Below, one piece after another: positions 16,793 through 26,949 of a stretch of DNA of 64,000 nucleotides. Within the stretch, counting starts at the first letter, position 1. Every line of letters starts with the position of its first letter. Location of the stretch: positions 691 through 64,690 of the forward strand of contig CAZQXN010000003.1 in assembly GCA_964597545.1 (NCBI GenBank). The letters run 5' to 3'. The position numbers and the translations under genes are program-made. Source of the DNA: an uncultured Planctomycetia bacterium. Its GTDB lineage: Bacteria; Omnitrophota; Gorgyraeia; 1-14-0-20-64-10. The notes beneath the pieces are model-generated. The model worked only from the letters and a program-made list of their open reading frames with translations. It did not search any database and was not told the origin of the DNA.

Positions 16793-18247
16793 TTAGCCCA
16801 CATCGTTGTAAGTGCGTACGCGAAAATTCACCTTGAGCTCCTCTGTGGCCACGCGGCGGACCGCCTCTAAGTCCACACCCGGAACTGCCACTGCTGTAAT
16901 CCCGGTCTTGAGCCTCGCGGCTTTACATTCCCGGACAAAGACCTTTATGGCATCGTAAGCCGCCTCCCCAAAGGTAGGCCGGCACATCTGAAGATACTGC
17001 TTAGGGTCTGCCGTATTGAGGCTCACCGATACTTCATCCACCACTGCGGCCAGCTCCGGGGCCACAGACCTGCGATGAATCAGATTACCATGGCCGTTGG
17101 TATCTAAGCGGATTCTCCGAGCCCCCTGTTCCTTGAAGCGCCGACCCGCCGCCAGGAGCGCCTCCAGCCGAAGCAGTGGCTCTCCATAGCCGCAGAAAAC
17201 AATCTCCTCGTAACGGGACGGGTCGTTGACCTCCGAAAAGATTTGGTCCACCGAAGGATCCCGCTCCATCTTCAAGTGGTGCCCCTTCACAAAGGGAGCG
17301 CGCCCCTTGCCTGTCTTAAAATCCTCAGTACTCAAGGCGCAGAAAACGCACCTTCCGGTGCAGGCGTTGGTGAGATTCACATAGAGGGAATTGCGGATAA
17401 CATAAGTGGCTTTTCCCTGGGCCGGGGCCGGACCCATCCCAAAAAGGGCGTGGGCATTGACGGTGGTGACCCGGGCAACATCCTCCAGGGTCACCCCATG
17501 CAGCTGGGCCAAGGCTTCGGCCAGGCTTTTAAGAAAAGCAGGCTCGTTGCGCTTGCCGCGGCAGGCTTGGGGAGCCAGATAGGGCGCATCGGTCTCCAAG
17601 AGGATACGGTCTAAGGGGATTGCCTGGGCCACCGAACGGAGGGCCTTGGCCTTGGGAAAGGTGAGATTTCCCGCAAAGGAGATGTACAGCCCTAGGTCAA
17701 GACCCCGACGGGCTGTCTCCAAATCACCCGAAAAACAGTGCAGCACCCCCCGGAGTGGGGGATTGGAAAATTTCGAGAGCAGCGCAAAGAGGTCCTGGTG
17801 GGCGCGTGCCCCGCTCCAAGGGACCTGGCCGCCAGCTGTCCCGGCCTCATCATTGCGGCAGTGCAGGATGACCGGAAGATCCTGCTCATGGGCAAGAGCC
17901 AGAAGCTTACGCAAAAGATCCTGCTGGAGCGGCACCGGGGTCAAGTGGCGATGGTAATCCAGGCCAATCTCCCCGATCGCCACCACCTTCTCCTGGGCCG
18001 CAAGGGATGCCAGGGACGCGAGCACATCGCCGCTCACCTTGTCCGCCTCGTGAGGATGGACCCCGACGCCGGCATAGAGCTGAGGGTGCTTGCCGGCCAT
18101 GGCGGAAACCGCTTGGGCCGATTGCAAATCGGTCGCGGCAAGGAGCAGGGCGACGACACAGGCGGCTTCCGCCCGCGCCAACACCTCATCCCGGTCCGGA
18201 TCAAACTTAGGGTCTTGAAGATGGCAGTGGCTGTCAATCAGCTGCAT
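16793..18247 (-). CDS. fusion of TatD-family metal-dependent hydrolase (N) and TatD-associated radical SAM protein (C)
   Basis: N-terminus QLIDSHCHLQD...VGVHPHEA...EIGLDYHR (TatD). C-terminus NLTNACTGRCVFCA (CxxxCxxC radical SAM). Start moved to MQLIDSH. Confidence 0.75.
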   Translation of the reverse strand: MQLIDSHCHLQDPKFDPDRDEVLARAEAACVVALLLAATDLQSAQAVSAMAGKHPQLYAGVGVHPHEADKVSGDVLASLASLAAQEKVVAIGEIGLDYHRHLTPVPLQQDLLRKLLALAHEQDLPVILHCRNDEAGTAGGQVPWSGARAHQDLFALLSKFSNPPLRGVLHCFSGDLETARRGLDLGLYISFAGNLTFPKAKALRSVAQAIPLDRILLETDAPYLAPQACRGKRNEPAFLKSLAEALAQLHGVTLEDVARVTTVNAHALFGMGPAPAQGKATYVIRNSLYVNLTNACTGRCVFCALSTEDFKTGKGRAPFVKGHHLKMERDPSVDQIFSEVNDPSRYEEIVFCGYGEPLLRLEALLAAGRRFKEQGARRIRLDTNGHGNLIHRRSVAPELAAVVDEVSVSLNTADPKQYLQMCRPTFGEAAYDAIKVFVRECKAARLKTGITAVAVPGVDLEAVRRVATEELKVNFRVRTYNDVG

Positions 18248-18304
18248 GGCAGAGTAGATTTCTTTTACAGACAAGATGCATGGTTACGAATCATTTAGTA
18301 TACT

Positions 18305-19186
18305 ATGTCTTACAATGACCAAAGGGGACAACCTGTGACGACAACATGCGCTTGGATCATCGCTGGAGTGCTCTTGGCCGGCCTTTCAGGTGTCTGGTTC
18401 TATCTGCACTTAATGACTCAGCGCCTCCGGGACCGCTCCCAAGAGCTGGAGCAGCTTAAATCTCAGGTCCTTGAGTGGAACCGCCGGCTCGAGCAGACCG
18501 TCTCCCACCGTACCGGAGACCTGGAGCAGGCCCACCGCCGACTTCAGGAAACATACCTCGAGACCGTCACCTCCTTGGTGGAGGCGATCAGCGCCAAGGA
18601 CAAATATCTCTTTGGGCACTCCCACAACGTTGCCTACTTTGCTCGAGCCATCGCCGAGGAGATGGGCTTTTCCAAGGACCGCATCTCCCGCCTGATGTAC
18701 GGCTGTGAACTGCATGATTTGGGCAAGATCGCCATCCCTGACGACATCCTGCTTAAACCCGGCCCCCTGACCGAAGAGGAGTTTGCCATTGTCAAGGAGC
18801 ACCCGGGATGGGGGGCACGAATCCTGGAACCGCTCACCTTCATGAAGGACATCATGGAGATGGTCCACCAGGAGCATGAGCGGTTTGACGGCTCCGGCTA
18901 CCCCAGAGGAATGAGAGGAGAGCAGATTCGCCTGGAGGCCCGCATCGTCACGGTGGCCGATGCCTTAGATGCGATGGTCTCTGACCGCCCCTACCGCAAG
19001 CGAGTTACACTGGAGGAGGCCTGCAAGGAACTGAAGCGCTGCTCAGGATCGCATTTTGATCCCAGGGTCGTAGAGGCGACCCTGAAGGCCTACGACGAAG
19101 GAAAGCTGTCGGCTCCGATCAGAACCACACCCCCGCCCCTGGGACCCAAGCCCCGCAAGCGCGGCTCTTCATCCCTGACCCCTTAA
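18305..19186 (+). CDS. HD-GYP domain cyclic-di-GMP phosphodiesterase-like protein with N-terminal TM and coiled coil
   Basis: Motifs HSHNVAYFARAIA, HDLGKIAIPD, HHERFDGSGYPRG. Confidence 0.8.
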   Translation: MSYNDQRGQPVTTTCAWIIAGVLLAGLSGVWFYLHLMTQRLRDRSQELEQLKSQVLEWNRRLEQTVSHRTGDLEQAHRRLQETYLETVTSLVEAISAKDKYLFGHSHNVAYFARAIAEEMGFSKDRISRLMYGCELHDLGKIAIPDDILLKPGPLTEEEFAIVKEHPGWGARILEPLTFMKDIMEMVHQEHERFDGSGYPRGMRGEQIRLEARIVTVADALDAMVSDRPYRKRVTLEEACKELKRCSGSHFDPRVVEATLKAYDEGKLSAPIRTTPPPLGPKPRKRGSSSLTP

Positions 19187-19246
19187 AGCAGATCCCCAAT
19201 CAAGTTGGGGATGACACCCCTTTCCCATGCGGAGGATAACCTCTCT

Positions 19247-20773
19247 TTATTTCTCTAAGCGGGGGAAGAGGGGTTTGCCTTTCTGGATGGCCTGCCCCGG
19301 AGGGATCGCTGTTTCCAGCGCCTGAGGAAGACGCTGTTCCGGCAGCGCGCTGCCAAATCCCAGTTGCTTCCAGATCGATTCTGCGGTCATCGGCAAAAAG
19401 GGCCAAAGGAGTAAGGCCGTAGCGCGCACCTGCTCTGAGAGCTGAACCATGAAATTTTCTAACTCATCGCGGCGATTCTCTCGGGCCAAGGTCCAGGGAG
19501 CTGCCTGCTCCACCGAACGATTGGCCTGCCCCACCAAATTCCACAACGACCGAACTGCCCGATCCGGAGCGAGTGCTTCTAAAGCGCGCCAAAGGTTCTG
19601 GGCTGTTTCTGTGATGTTTTGACGGGTTTGTCCGCTCAGCTGGCCTTCGGGGATCTTTCCGCCGGTATGCTTCTCGAGCATCGTGAGGGTTCGGTAGACG
19701 AGATTGCCCAGGTCGTTGGCCAAATCCGAATTGATCCTTTTGACCAGCGCCCCCTGCGAGAAGAAACCATCGTCACCCAAGGGGACCTCTGAAAGGAGGA
19801 AGTGCCGAAAGGCATCCAGCCCATAGGTGGCAATGACGGCCTCGGGCTCGATGATGTTGCCCTTTGACTTGGACATCTTCTCACCCTTAATCATCCACCA
19901 GCCGTGCGCAAAGATCGTCTTGGGCGGCGGTATCCCTGCCGCATGCAGGATGATCGGCCAATACAGGGCGTGGTGACGGAGAATGTCTTTCCCGATCAAG
20001 TGAATGGCACCCGACCCCATCCAATGTTGGCGGAAACGAGCCCCATCGGGCCAACCGAGCGCAGAGATGTAGTTGACCAGCGCATCCAACCACACATAGG
20101 TGACGTGGCCGGGGCTGAAAGGAACCTCAATTCCCCAGGAGACTCGTTCTTTGGGACGAGTGATGCACAGCGGGGGCAAGGGCTTTTCCAGCATGGCGAG
20201 CAGTTCATTGCGCCTCACCACGGGCAGGATAAAGTTTTTGTTTTTCTCGATGTGTCCACGAAGCCATGCCCGATGATTCTCCAGCGGCAGGAAGTAATCC
20301 TCCTCTTCCACCTGGGATATCGGGCGCTTGCAGCTGGGGCAAAGCGCTTTTGCTTTGTCCACCTCATCCGGGCCCCAGTTGGTTTCGCAGGGGACGCAGT
20401 ACCAGAAGCGATAGCTTCCCAGCTCCAGCTCGGGCCGCAGGCGCTCGAGCATGGCTTGAACAACCTTTTGATGCCGCGGCTCGGTGGTCCGGATGAAATC
20501 ATCGTAGGAGATGTTGAATGCGGCCCACAGCTTCCGGAAGGCCTCGGAGCCCCTGTCCACAAAGGCCTGGGGTTTTAATCCCTGTTCTGTGGCGGCCTGG
20601 GCGATCTTTTCTCCATGCTCATCGGTCCCGGTTAAAAGAAAGGTCTCCTCACCGCGTTGTCGATGGGCGCGAGCTAAGACATCAGCAATGATGGTTGTGT
20701 AGGCGTGTCCCAGGTGCGGCTTGGCATTGACGTAGTAGATGGGGGTTGTCAGGTAGCATGATTGGGGATTCAT
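19247..20773 (-). CDS. metG: methionine--tRNA ligase
   Basis: HIGH-type motif PHLGHAYT, KMSKSKGN, CPxC zinc knuckle; 508 aa. Confidence 0.9.
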   Translation of the reverse strand: MNPQSCYLTTPIYYVNAKPHLGHAYTTIIADVLARAHRQRGEETFLLTGTDEHGEKIAQAATEQGLKPQAFVDRGSEAFRKLWAAFNISYDDFIRTTEPRHQKVVQAMLERLRPELELGSYRFWYCVPCETNWGPDEVDKAKALCPSCKRPISQVEEEDYFLPLENHRAWLRGHIEKNKNFILPVVRRNELLAMLEKPLPPLCITRPKERVSWGIEVPFSPGHVTYVWLDALVNYISALGWPDGARFRQHWMGSGAIHLIGKDILRHHALYWPIILHAAGIPPPKTIFAHGWWMIKGEKMSKSKGNIIEPEAVIATYGLDAFRHFLLSEVPLGDDGFFSQGALVKRINSDLANDLGNLVYRTLTMLEKHTGGKIPEGQLSGQTRQNITETAQNLWRALEALAPDRAVRSLWNLVGQANRSVEQAAPWTLARENRRDELENFMVQLSEQVRATALLLWPFLPMTAESIWKQLGFGSALPEQRLPQALETAIPPGQAIQKGKPLFPRLEK

Positions 20774-21735
20774 CTGCGCGGCACCCGATGGCTTAAGAGG
20801 GCCCCCAGCGCCAAGCGACCGGAGGCGTTGCGTTGAAGGCAGCGCTCAACCCCATACACCTGTTGAATCCTCGCCATGAGCCCCTCGACTGAGAAAGGAC
20901 GTTCAGCGGCACGTTGAAGTTCGCGCAGTCGGTCCTGATGAATTACCCAGCGAGGGTCTCCTTTGAGCTTTAAAACCAAGAGATCCCGCCAGAAGCTGGC
21001 GGTCCACTCCAGAGCCGACTTGAGCTCCTCTCGGGGTGCAGCCCCCAAGGGCAGTTCAATCTCTCCCTTTTTAAGTGCTGCCAGGATCTGATCCAGGGCG
21101 GCATTTCTCTCGGCCAAGAGATCATCCCGGTGCAGGGCCAGGGCCAACCCGATCCGACCGCCCGAAGCATTGGCCAAGAGACAAGCCTGAGCGGAATCCA
21201 ACCCCTCCTGATCTTGAAGGAAGGACGCTACCGGATCAATCCCCTGAGGAAGACAGCGAACGACATGGCATCGGGAAAGCAGCGTTGAAGGCAGTCGATG
21301 CGGTTGAGCCGCAGTCAAAATCAAAACCGAACGTTCAGGCGGCTCTTCCAAGAGCTTCAAGGTCGCATGGGTTGCCTCTTCAGTAAGCTCCTCTGCCCCA
21401 TCAATGACCCCCACTTTGCGCCGGCCCCCGTGCGGAGTTAAGGACAAGGCCCTGATCAGCGCACGAACCTGATCAATCCCCAGCTTGCCCTCAAAGCGAG
21501 CAAGATCCGGTGAGGTATCCGCGGCGCACCGTTGACAGGAGGCACAGGTGCCGCAGGCATCCCCTTGGACAGGCTTTTCACACAGCAGGCTCTGTGCCCA
21601 GGCTAAGCCCAAGGAACGCTTACCGGTACCGGTCGCTCCCGTAAAAAGATAGGTATGGCTCACACGCCCTGTCATCAACTCCTGCTTCAAGAGCTGCTGG
21701 GCAGTCGCGTTACCGATCAGATCAGCGAATGACAT
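20770..21735 (-). CDS. holB: DNA polymerase III delta' subunit
   Basis: YLFTGATGTGKRSL P-loop and Cys cluster CGTCASCQRC. Start placed at internal MSFADLIGN. Confidence 0.8.
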   Translation of the reverse strand: MSFADLIGNATAQQLLKQELMTGRVSHTYLFTGATGTGKRSLGLAWAQSLLCEKPVQGDACGTCASCQRCAADTSPDLARFEGKLGIDQVRALIRALSLTPHGGRRKVGVIDGAEELTEEATHATLKLLEEPPERSVLILTAAQPHRLPSTLLSRCHVVRCLPQGIDPVASFLQDQEGLDSAQACLLANASGGRIGLALALHRDDLLAERNAALDQILAALKKGEIELPLGAAPREELKSALEWTASFWRDLLVLKLKGDPRWVIHQDRLRELQRAAERPFSVEGLMARIQQVYGVERCLQRNASGRLALGALLSHRVPRR

Positions 21736-22414
21736 ACTGCACGTGCTCCCGAATGATTCTCTGAACCTGTTGGGGAGGCGGAAGCGCAGAGAGGACTTTG
21801 ATCCGCTTGCGATTGCGACGAGCCAAGGCCAGATAGCCGGAGCGAACACGTCGATGGAACCCAAGGGGCATGGTCTCCATGCGGTTGGGCCGCCTGACGC
21901 GGCGCAACCCCTTGCGAGCCGGAAGATCCAGCAAAAGGGTCAAGTCAGGCTTTACGCCCTGTGTCGCGGCCTCTCCCATGGCATCCACCAGTTTCAGATC
22001 CAACCGGCCGGCAAACCCCTGATAGACCCAGGTAGAATCCTGAAACCGATCCAACACCACGGTATCGCCGCGCTGCAATGCCGGCAAGACAACCTCGGCC
22101 ACCAGGGCCGCGCGGCTGGCCTCAACTAAACACAGCTCCACCACAGGATCCATCTTGCCTCGGCCTTGTGAGAGAAAGATCCGCCTTAACCGGCTGCCCA
22201 GTGCAGTCCCGCCTGGTTCGCGGGTGAGCACTACCCGGTGCCCCCGGGAGCGTAGCCAAGCGGCGAGTCGCCGGCTGTGCGTAGATTTGCCTGAGCCTTC
22301 CGGCCCCTCAAGGGTGATCAGAAACCCCTTGCGGGGTTTCTGATCATCTCGAGGAGTCCGCCCTCGCTTGCTGGAGCGCGAACGGGCGACGAGAGATCTA
22401 TTGCGCTTAGGCAT
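21722..22414 (-). CDS. tmk: thymidylate kinase
   Basis: FITLEGPEGSGKST P-loop, DRF motif. Confidence 0.85.
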   Translation of the reverse strand: MPKRNRSLVARSRSSKRGRTPRDDQKPRKGFLITLEGPEGSGKSTHSRRLAAWLRSRGHRVVLTREPGGTALGSRLRRIFLSQGRGKMDPVVELCLVEASRAALVAEVVLPALQRGDTVVLDRFQDSTWVYQGFAGRLDLKLVDAMGEAATQGVKPDLTLLLDLPARKGLRRVRRPNRMETMPLGFHRRVRSGYLALARRNRKRIKVLSALPPPQQVQRIIREHVQYVIR

Positions 22415-22415
22415 C

Positions 22416-23825
22416 CTAGACGCCCTTGCGAATCACGGTGCCACCGGCGGTATCTTCCACAACGTATCCCTGTTCAGCCAACTGCAGGCGCAAGGCATCG
22501 GCCTTCTGAAAATCTTTTGTCTTGCGCGCTGCTTCCCGATCGATCACCAGTTGACGCACTGTTTTAGGCAGCTCCTCCTTCGGGAAGGTCAACCCCAGCA
22601 CTTCACCCAACTCACGAACCACCCTGACCGCTCGCTTGAGCCATCGACCATGCAAGCCGGGGTCCTGAGGAGAACGCGCTTGCAACCAAGGGAGCGCTTG
22701 ACTCACCAACTCAAATAAAGCGGAGAGTGCAACTGGGGTGTTGAGATCGTCCTCCATGGCCTCTAAGAACTTCTTTCGGGCCGACTTGATGGTAGCACTC
22801 TCCTCCTCCTGCTCTTGAGAGCTTAAGCGCTGCTCAACCTGTGTCAGGAAATCAAAGAGCCGTTCGTAGGCGCGGGCCGCCTCATCCAAACGCTCCCAGG
22901 TAAAATCAATCGGGGAGCGGTAGTGAGCACCCAGGAAAAAGAGACGCAAAACTTCGGCAGAATGCCTGGAGAGCACATCTTGGATGGTCACAATGTTCCC
23001 TAAGCTCTTGGACATCTTCTGCCCTGCCACCGACAAGAGTCCGTTGTGCAGCCAAATCCGGGCAAAGGCGTTTCCGGCACCCAAGGCCTGGGCCAGCTCA
23101 TTTTCATGATGGGGAAAGATTAAATCTTGGCCGCCGCCGTGAATATCAAAGGTGGGCCCGAGCAAATCCATGGACATGGTGGAGCACTCCATGTGCCAAC
23201 CGGGCCGTCCCGGTCCCCAGGGGCTCTCCCAGCTGGGTTCATCCGGTTTGGCCTGCTTCCAGAGGGCAAAGTCCAGCGGGTCCTGCTTGCCTCCGCCGCT
23301 CTCTTCCCGTGCACCCTCCTTCATTTGATCGGGATTCTGATGGGAGAGCTTGCCGTATTCCGGAAGTTTGCGGACCGCAAAATAAACCCCGTCTGCGCCG
23401 ATGTAGGCCGCTCCCCGATCAAGGAGCTCTGTGATGCGGTGAATCATGGGTTTTACGAATTCGGTTGCCTTGGGCTCTCGATCCGGAGGGACAAGTCCCA
23501 AACGTTTGTAATCGGCCTGGAACCGCTGGGTGTAGGTGGAGGCAATCTCCTGGGCGGCGTTCTTTAAGTTTGTCTTGCCGAGCTTGCGGGCCCGATCAAT
23601 GATCTTGTCATCCACATCGGTGATGTTGCGGATGTAAGTCACGGTAAAACCTGCATGCGCCAAGAAACGGCGCAGCACATCAAAGACCACGGCTCCCCGG
23701 GCATGGCCGATGTGGCAGTCGTCGTAGACCGTCACCCCGCAGACATAAAGGGTCGCGCAGGAAGCTTTAAGGGGGCGGAATTCTTCTTTCTTCCCGGTCA
23801 GCGTGTTTGTAAGCTTAAGGGGCAT
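22416..23825 (-). CDS. cysS: cysteine--tRNA ligase
   Basis: YVCGVTVYDDCHIGHAR (HIGH) and KMSKSLGN motifs; 469 aa. Confidence 0.9.
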   Translation of the reverse strand: MPLKLTNTLTGKKEEFRPLKASCATLYVCGVTVYDDCHIGHARGAVVFDVLRRFLAHAGFTVTYIRNITDVDDKIIDRARKLGKTNLKNAAQEIASTYTQRFQADYKRLGLVPPDREPKATEFVKPMIHRITELLDRGAAYIGADGVYFAVRKLPEYGKLSHQNPDQMKEGAREESGGGKQDPLDFALWKQAKPDEPSWESPWGPGRPGWHMECSTMSMDLLGPTFDIHGGGQDLIFPHHENELAQALGAGNAFARIWLHNGLLSVAGQKMSKSLGNIVTIQDVLSRHSAEVLRLFFLGAHYRSPIDFTWERLDEAARAYERLFDFLTQVEQRLSSQEQEEESATIKSARKKFLEAMEDDLNTPVALSALFELVSQALPWLQARSPQDPGLHGRWLKRAVRVVRELGEVLGLTFPKEELPKTVRQLVIDREAARKTKDFQKADALRLQLAEQGYVVEDTAGGTVIRKGV

Positions 23826-23854
23826 TGTGTCCTGTGCACGGCTAAGGGTTAGAG

Positions 23855-24568
23855 CTACTTGCTGTCCCTGCGGCGGTGCTCTTTGATCTCATGCTCGATA
23901 AAGTCAATCTCGCGCTGGAGCTTCTCCAGCGCCTGAGCCAAGGGATCGGGCAGCGTGGTGTGATCCAGATTGATCCCGGGAAAATGGCGTCCGGCCTGAC
24001 GCACCACCCGGCCCGGAACACCGACCACAACAGAGTTGGCAGGGGCCTCCCGAACCACCACGGCATTGGCGCCGATCTGAACATTGTCGCCGATGGTGAA
24101 GCTGCCAAGCACCTTGGCGCCCGAGCCCACCACAACGTTGTTGCCGAGAGTGGGATGGCGCTTGCCCCGCTCCTTGCCGGTGCCTCCCAAGGTCACCCCC
24201 TGGAAAAGGGTGACGTTGTCGCCGATCACTGCGGTTTCACCGATCACCACCCCCATCCCGTGATCAATGAACAGACCCTTGCCGATCGTCGCCCCCGGAT
24301 GAATTTCGATTCCGGTAAAAGCGCGGATGGTTTGGGAGATAAGGCGGGCCAGAAACTTCAAACCCAATTTGTGCAGCAGGTGGGCTGTGCGATGTGCCCC
24401 GATGGCCTGCACGCTCGGATAAACGGCCAGCACCTCCCACCCCGAGCGGGCAGCCGGATCACGCTCCATGGCGGCTCTGATCTCGCCTCTGAGCCACCAA
24501 CGCAAAACGCCCAGTGAAACCGCCAAAATACCAACAAACCAAAGTAGTGTCGTCATCGTAAGTTCCAT
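23855..24568 (-). CDS. cysE: serine O-acetyltransferase
   Basis: Hexapeptide repeat block [34 protein letters not shown]. Confidence 0.8.
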   Translation of the reverse strand: MELTMTTLLWFVGILAVSLGVLRWWLRGEIRAAMERDPAARSGWEVLAVYPSVQAIGAHRTAHLLHKLGLKFLARLISQTIRAFTGIEIHPGATIGKGLFIDHGMGVVIGETAVIGDNVTLFQGVTLGGTGKERGKRHPTLGNNVVVGSGAKVLGSFTIGDNVQIGANAVVVREAPANSVVVGVPGRVVRQAGRHFPGINLDHTTLPDPLAQALEKLQREIDFIEHEIKEHRRRDSK

Positions 24569-24571
24569 GCG

Positions 24572-25060
24572 CTATGAATCAGGTTTGTCCAACAGTACCG
24601 CAGCCTGTGCCGCGATGGCTTGACCTTCGCCGATGGGACCTAAGCCCTCCATGGTCTTGGCCTTGAGATTCACTTGGGCAGCTTCAACGCCAAGCAGCGT
24701 GGAAAGGGAGCGGATAATCTCGGGCCGATGCGGCGTCATCTTGGGGGACTCCGCAAAAATCGTCACATCCACGTTGGAGATCGAAAAACCCTCCTCCTTG
24801 ACCCACGCCACCGCCTGCTCGATGAAAAGGGTGCTGGCGGCATCCTTCCACTTGGGATCGGCATCCGGAAAATGACAGCCGATGTCCCCCTTCCCAAGGG
24901 CCCCCAGGAGGGCATCGCAGAGGGCATGCAGAAGGGCATCCGCATCCGAATGTCCTTGAAGGCCCCGCTCTGCGGGGATCGTTACCCCGCCCAAGATGAG
25001 GGGCCGCCCGGCCTCAAGCCTATGAATGTCAAACCCGACGCCGAGACGCACCATTGCCAT
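24572..25060 (-). CDS. ispF: 2-C-methyl-D-erythritol 2,4-cyclodiphosphate synthase
   Basis: GVGFDIHRL...GHSDADALLHAL motifs. Confidence 0.9.
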   Translation of the reverse strand: MAMVRLGVGFDIHRLEAGRPLILGGVTIPAERGLQGHSDADALLHALCDALLGALGKGDIGCHFPDADPKWKDAASTLFIEQAVAWVKEEGFSISNVDVTIFAESPKMTPHRPEIIRSLSTLLGVEAAQVNLKAKTMEGLGPIGEGQAIAAQAAVLLDKPDS

Positions 25061-25757
25061 TACGCATGAGGGCCTCGGCGCAAACCAAGTCCTCGGGTGT
25101 TGTAACCTTTAAATTCCTATGGGAGCCGACCGCCACTTGGACCGGATGGCCCAAGGCCTCCACCAAGGCGGCATCATCCGTTGCCTGAAGTTTTCGAGTG
25201 CGCCTGTTTTCGTGGGCCCGGCGGATCAGGTCATACCGGAAGACCTGCGGAGTTTGAACTGCCCAGAGACGATCCCGGTTGAGGGTCTTGGTAATGGTGC
25301 GCTGGGTCACCTCTTTTACCGTCGGGGCAACCGGCACAGCCGCTACCGCGGCTTGCGCTTTACGCGCGGTCCTCAAGGTGGTGCGAATCACCTCTGGGGT
25401 CACCAAAGGCCTGGCACCATCATGAATCGCGACCCATTGGACCTGCGGGGAGAGAGCCTTGATCCCCTGGTAAACCGACTCCCTGCGAGATGCCCCTCCA
25501 GGAACCACTCGGAGCACCTTCTTGAATCTCCAGGCGCGGATGGCCCGCTTGGCCCGGGAGAGATCGTTCGGATGGATCGCAACAACCACTGCCTTCACCT
25601 CCCGAGTCGCCTCCAAGGCCTTCAAACTCCAGTACAGCATGGGCTTGCCTGCCAGCGACACAAAGGATTTGCGCACGCGGCCTCCCAGCCGCTTGCCGAT
25701 ACCTCCGGCCACCACCACCGCTGCTACCAAAGGGGGACCCAAAGGGGGACGGTCCAT
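25029..25757 (-). CDS. ispD: 2-C-methyl-D-erythritol 4-phosphate cytidylyltransferase
   Basis: VVVAGGIGKRLGG nucleotide-binding motif. Overlaps ispF as in an ispDF operon. Confidence 0.85.
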   Translation of the reverse strand: MDRPPLGPPLVAAVVVAGGIGKRLGGRVRKSFVSLAGKPMLYWSLKALEATREVKAVVVAIHPNDLSRAKRAIRAWRFKKVLRVVPGGASRRESVYQGIKALSPQVQWVAIHDGARPLVTPEVIRTTLRTARKAQAAVAAVPVAPTVKEVTQRTITKTLNRDRLWAVQTPQVFRYDLIRRAHENRRTRKLQATDDAALVEALGHPVQVAVGSHRNLKVTTPEDLVCAEALMRNGNGASRRRV

Positions 25758-25838
25758 TCTGGGACACTCTGGCTTTCAAGTGCCGAAGCATCCCTGCTGA
25801 TAAGTGTAAGGTGTGTCCCCAAATGGACCGTCCCCATT

Positions 25839-26876
25839 TTATCGGCCGTTCTTCCAACCGGGACGGGGGTGCTCATTCTCCGGCTTGGCAAAGATCATCC
25901 GCCCTGCCGCGGTCTGGAGAACCGAAGTCACCATGACCCGCACCGTCTGTCCGATCAAAGAGCGGCCCTGCTCCACCACCACCATGGTGCCGTCGTCGAG
26001 ATAGGCCACCCCCTGGTTGTACTCCTTGCCCTCTTTAATGACCCGGGTTTCCATCAGCTCACCCGGCAGCACCACAGGCTTTAACGCATTGGCCAGCTCA
26101 TTGACGTTGAGCACTTGAACGCCCTGGAGTTCGGCGATCTTGTTCAGGTTAAAATCGTTGGTGAGCACCTTGCCGCCCATGAGCTTGGCCAGCTTCACCA
26201 GCTTGGCATCCACCTCTTTGATTTCCGGGAAATCCTCATCGTGGATTCGAACATCCAGATGGGGAATCTTCTGGATCTTGGCCAAGACATCCAACCCCCG
26301 GCGTCCCCGGTTGCGCTTGATCGGATCCTGGCTGTCAGCGATCTGCTGGAGCTCCTTCAAGACAAAGCGAGGTGCGATGAACCGGCCTTCCAGGAAACGG
26401 GTTTGGCACACATCTGCAATGCGCCCGTCAATGACAACGGAGGTATCGAGGATGACGATCTCTTCGTGCTGATCCTGCCGGGAAAACTTGACGTACGGGA
26501 TGATGATATTAAAATCGTCCCTCCCCCGCAGGGCAATGGCCATTCCAAAGTAACAAAAGATTACGGCAATGACCGTCCGGATGGGAGAGCTGATCTCGAT
26601 CGCCGTAGGGAGCATGTCCAGCGTGGAGAGCACCAACCGCGCCATGATGAGCCCGAAGAGCAGACCAAAGACGGCCGCCGAAAGCCCCCGAGTGGAAACC
26701 TTCTTGAGAGCCACTTCCAAAAGAATGAGCAACAGCGCAAAGACCGCCCCCAAAGCGCTTCCTGTCCACGCAGAAGAAGGTCCCATCCAGGTATTGAGCG
26801 CACCAATCTGATAGCCCACGGTAGCAATCACGAATACGAGGAAAAAACGAACGAGCCAAAGTGTCATGTAAACCAC
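25839..26876 (-). CDS. PIN/TRAM domain membrane protein (YacL-like)
   Basis: N-terminal TM helices, PIN domain ([12 protein letters not shown]), C-terminal TRAM-like beta region. Confidence 0.65.
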   Translation of the reverse strand: MVYMTLWLVRFFLVFVIATVGYQIGALNTWMGPSSAWTGSALGAVFALLLILLEVALKKVSTRGLSAAVFGLLFGLIMARLVLSTLDMLPTAIEISSPIRTVIAVIFCYFGMAIALRGRDDFNIIIPYVKFSRQDQHEEIVILDTSVVIDGRIADVCQTRFLEGRFIAPRFVLKELQQIADSQDPIKRNRGRRGLDVLAKIQKIPHLDVRIHDEDFPEIKEVDAKLVKLAKLMGGKVLTNDFNLNKIAELQGVQVLNVNELANALKPVVLPGELMETRVIKEGKEYNQGVAYLDDGTMVVVEQGRSLIGQTVRVMVTSVLQTAAGRMIFAKPENEHPRPGWKNGR

Positions 26877-26949
26877 CTCCTTGATTGGAATTGATAATGA
26901 TGCCGAACAACATGGTCTTCATGTCATCCCCAAAAAGACGGGGACCTTT

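Noticed and set aside
19904-20578. 224-aa plus-strand ORF, and other long antisense ORFs (23876..24517, 25119..26084, 26115..26894, 42632..43195, 43931..44437, 53387..53926)
   Set aside because: All are antisense to genes with strong conserved motifs (metG, cysE, ispD, PIN/TRAM, secA, murJ). High GC content generates long shadow ORFs.
20770-21864. Extended N-terminus of holB overlapping tmk by 143 nt
   Set aside because: Conserved HolB N-terminus begins at internal MSFADLIGN. The extension is likely an upstream in-frame alternative start codon artefact, so the gene was trimmed to 21735.
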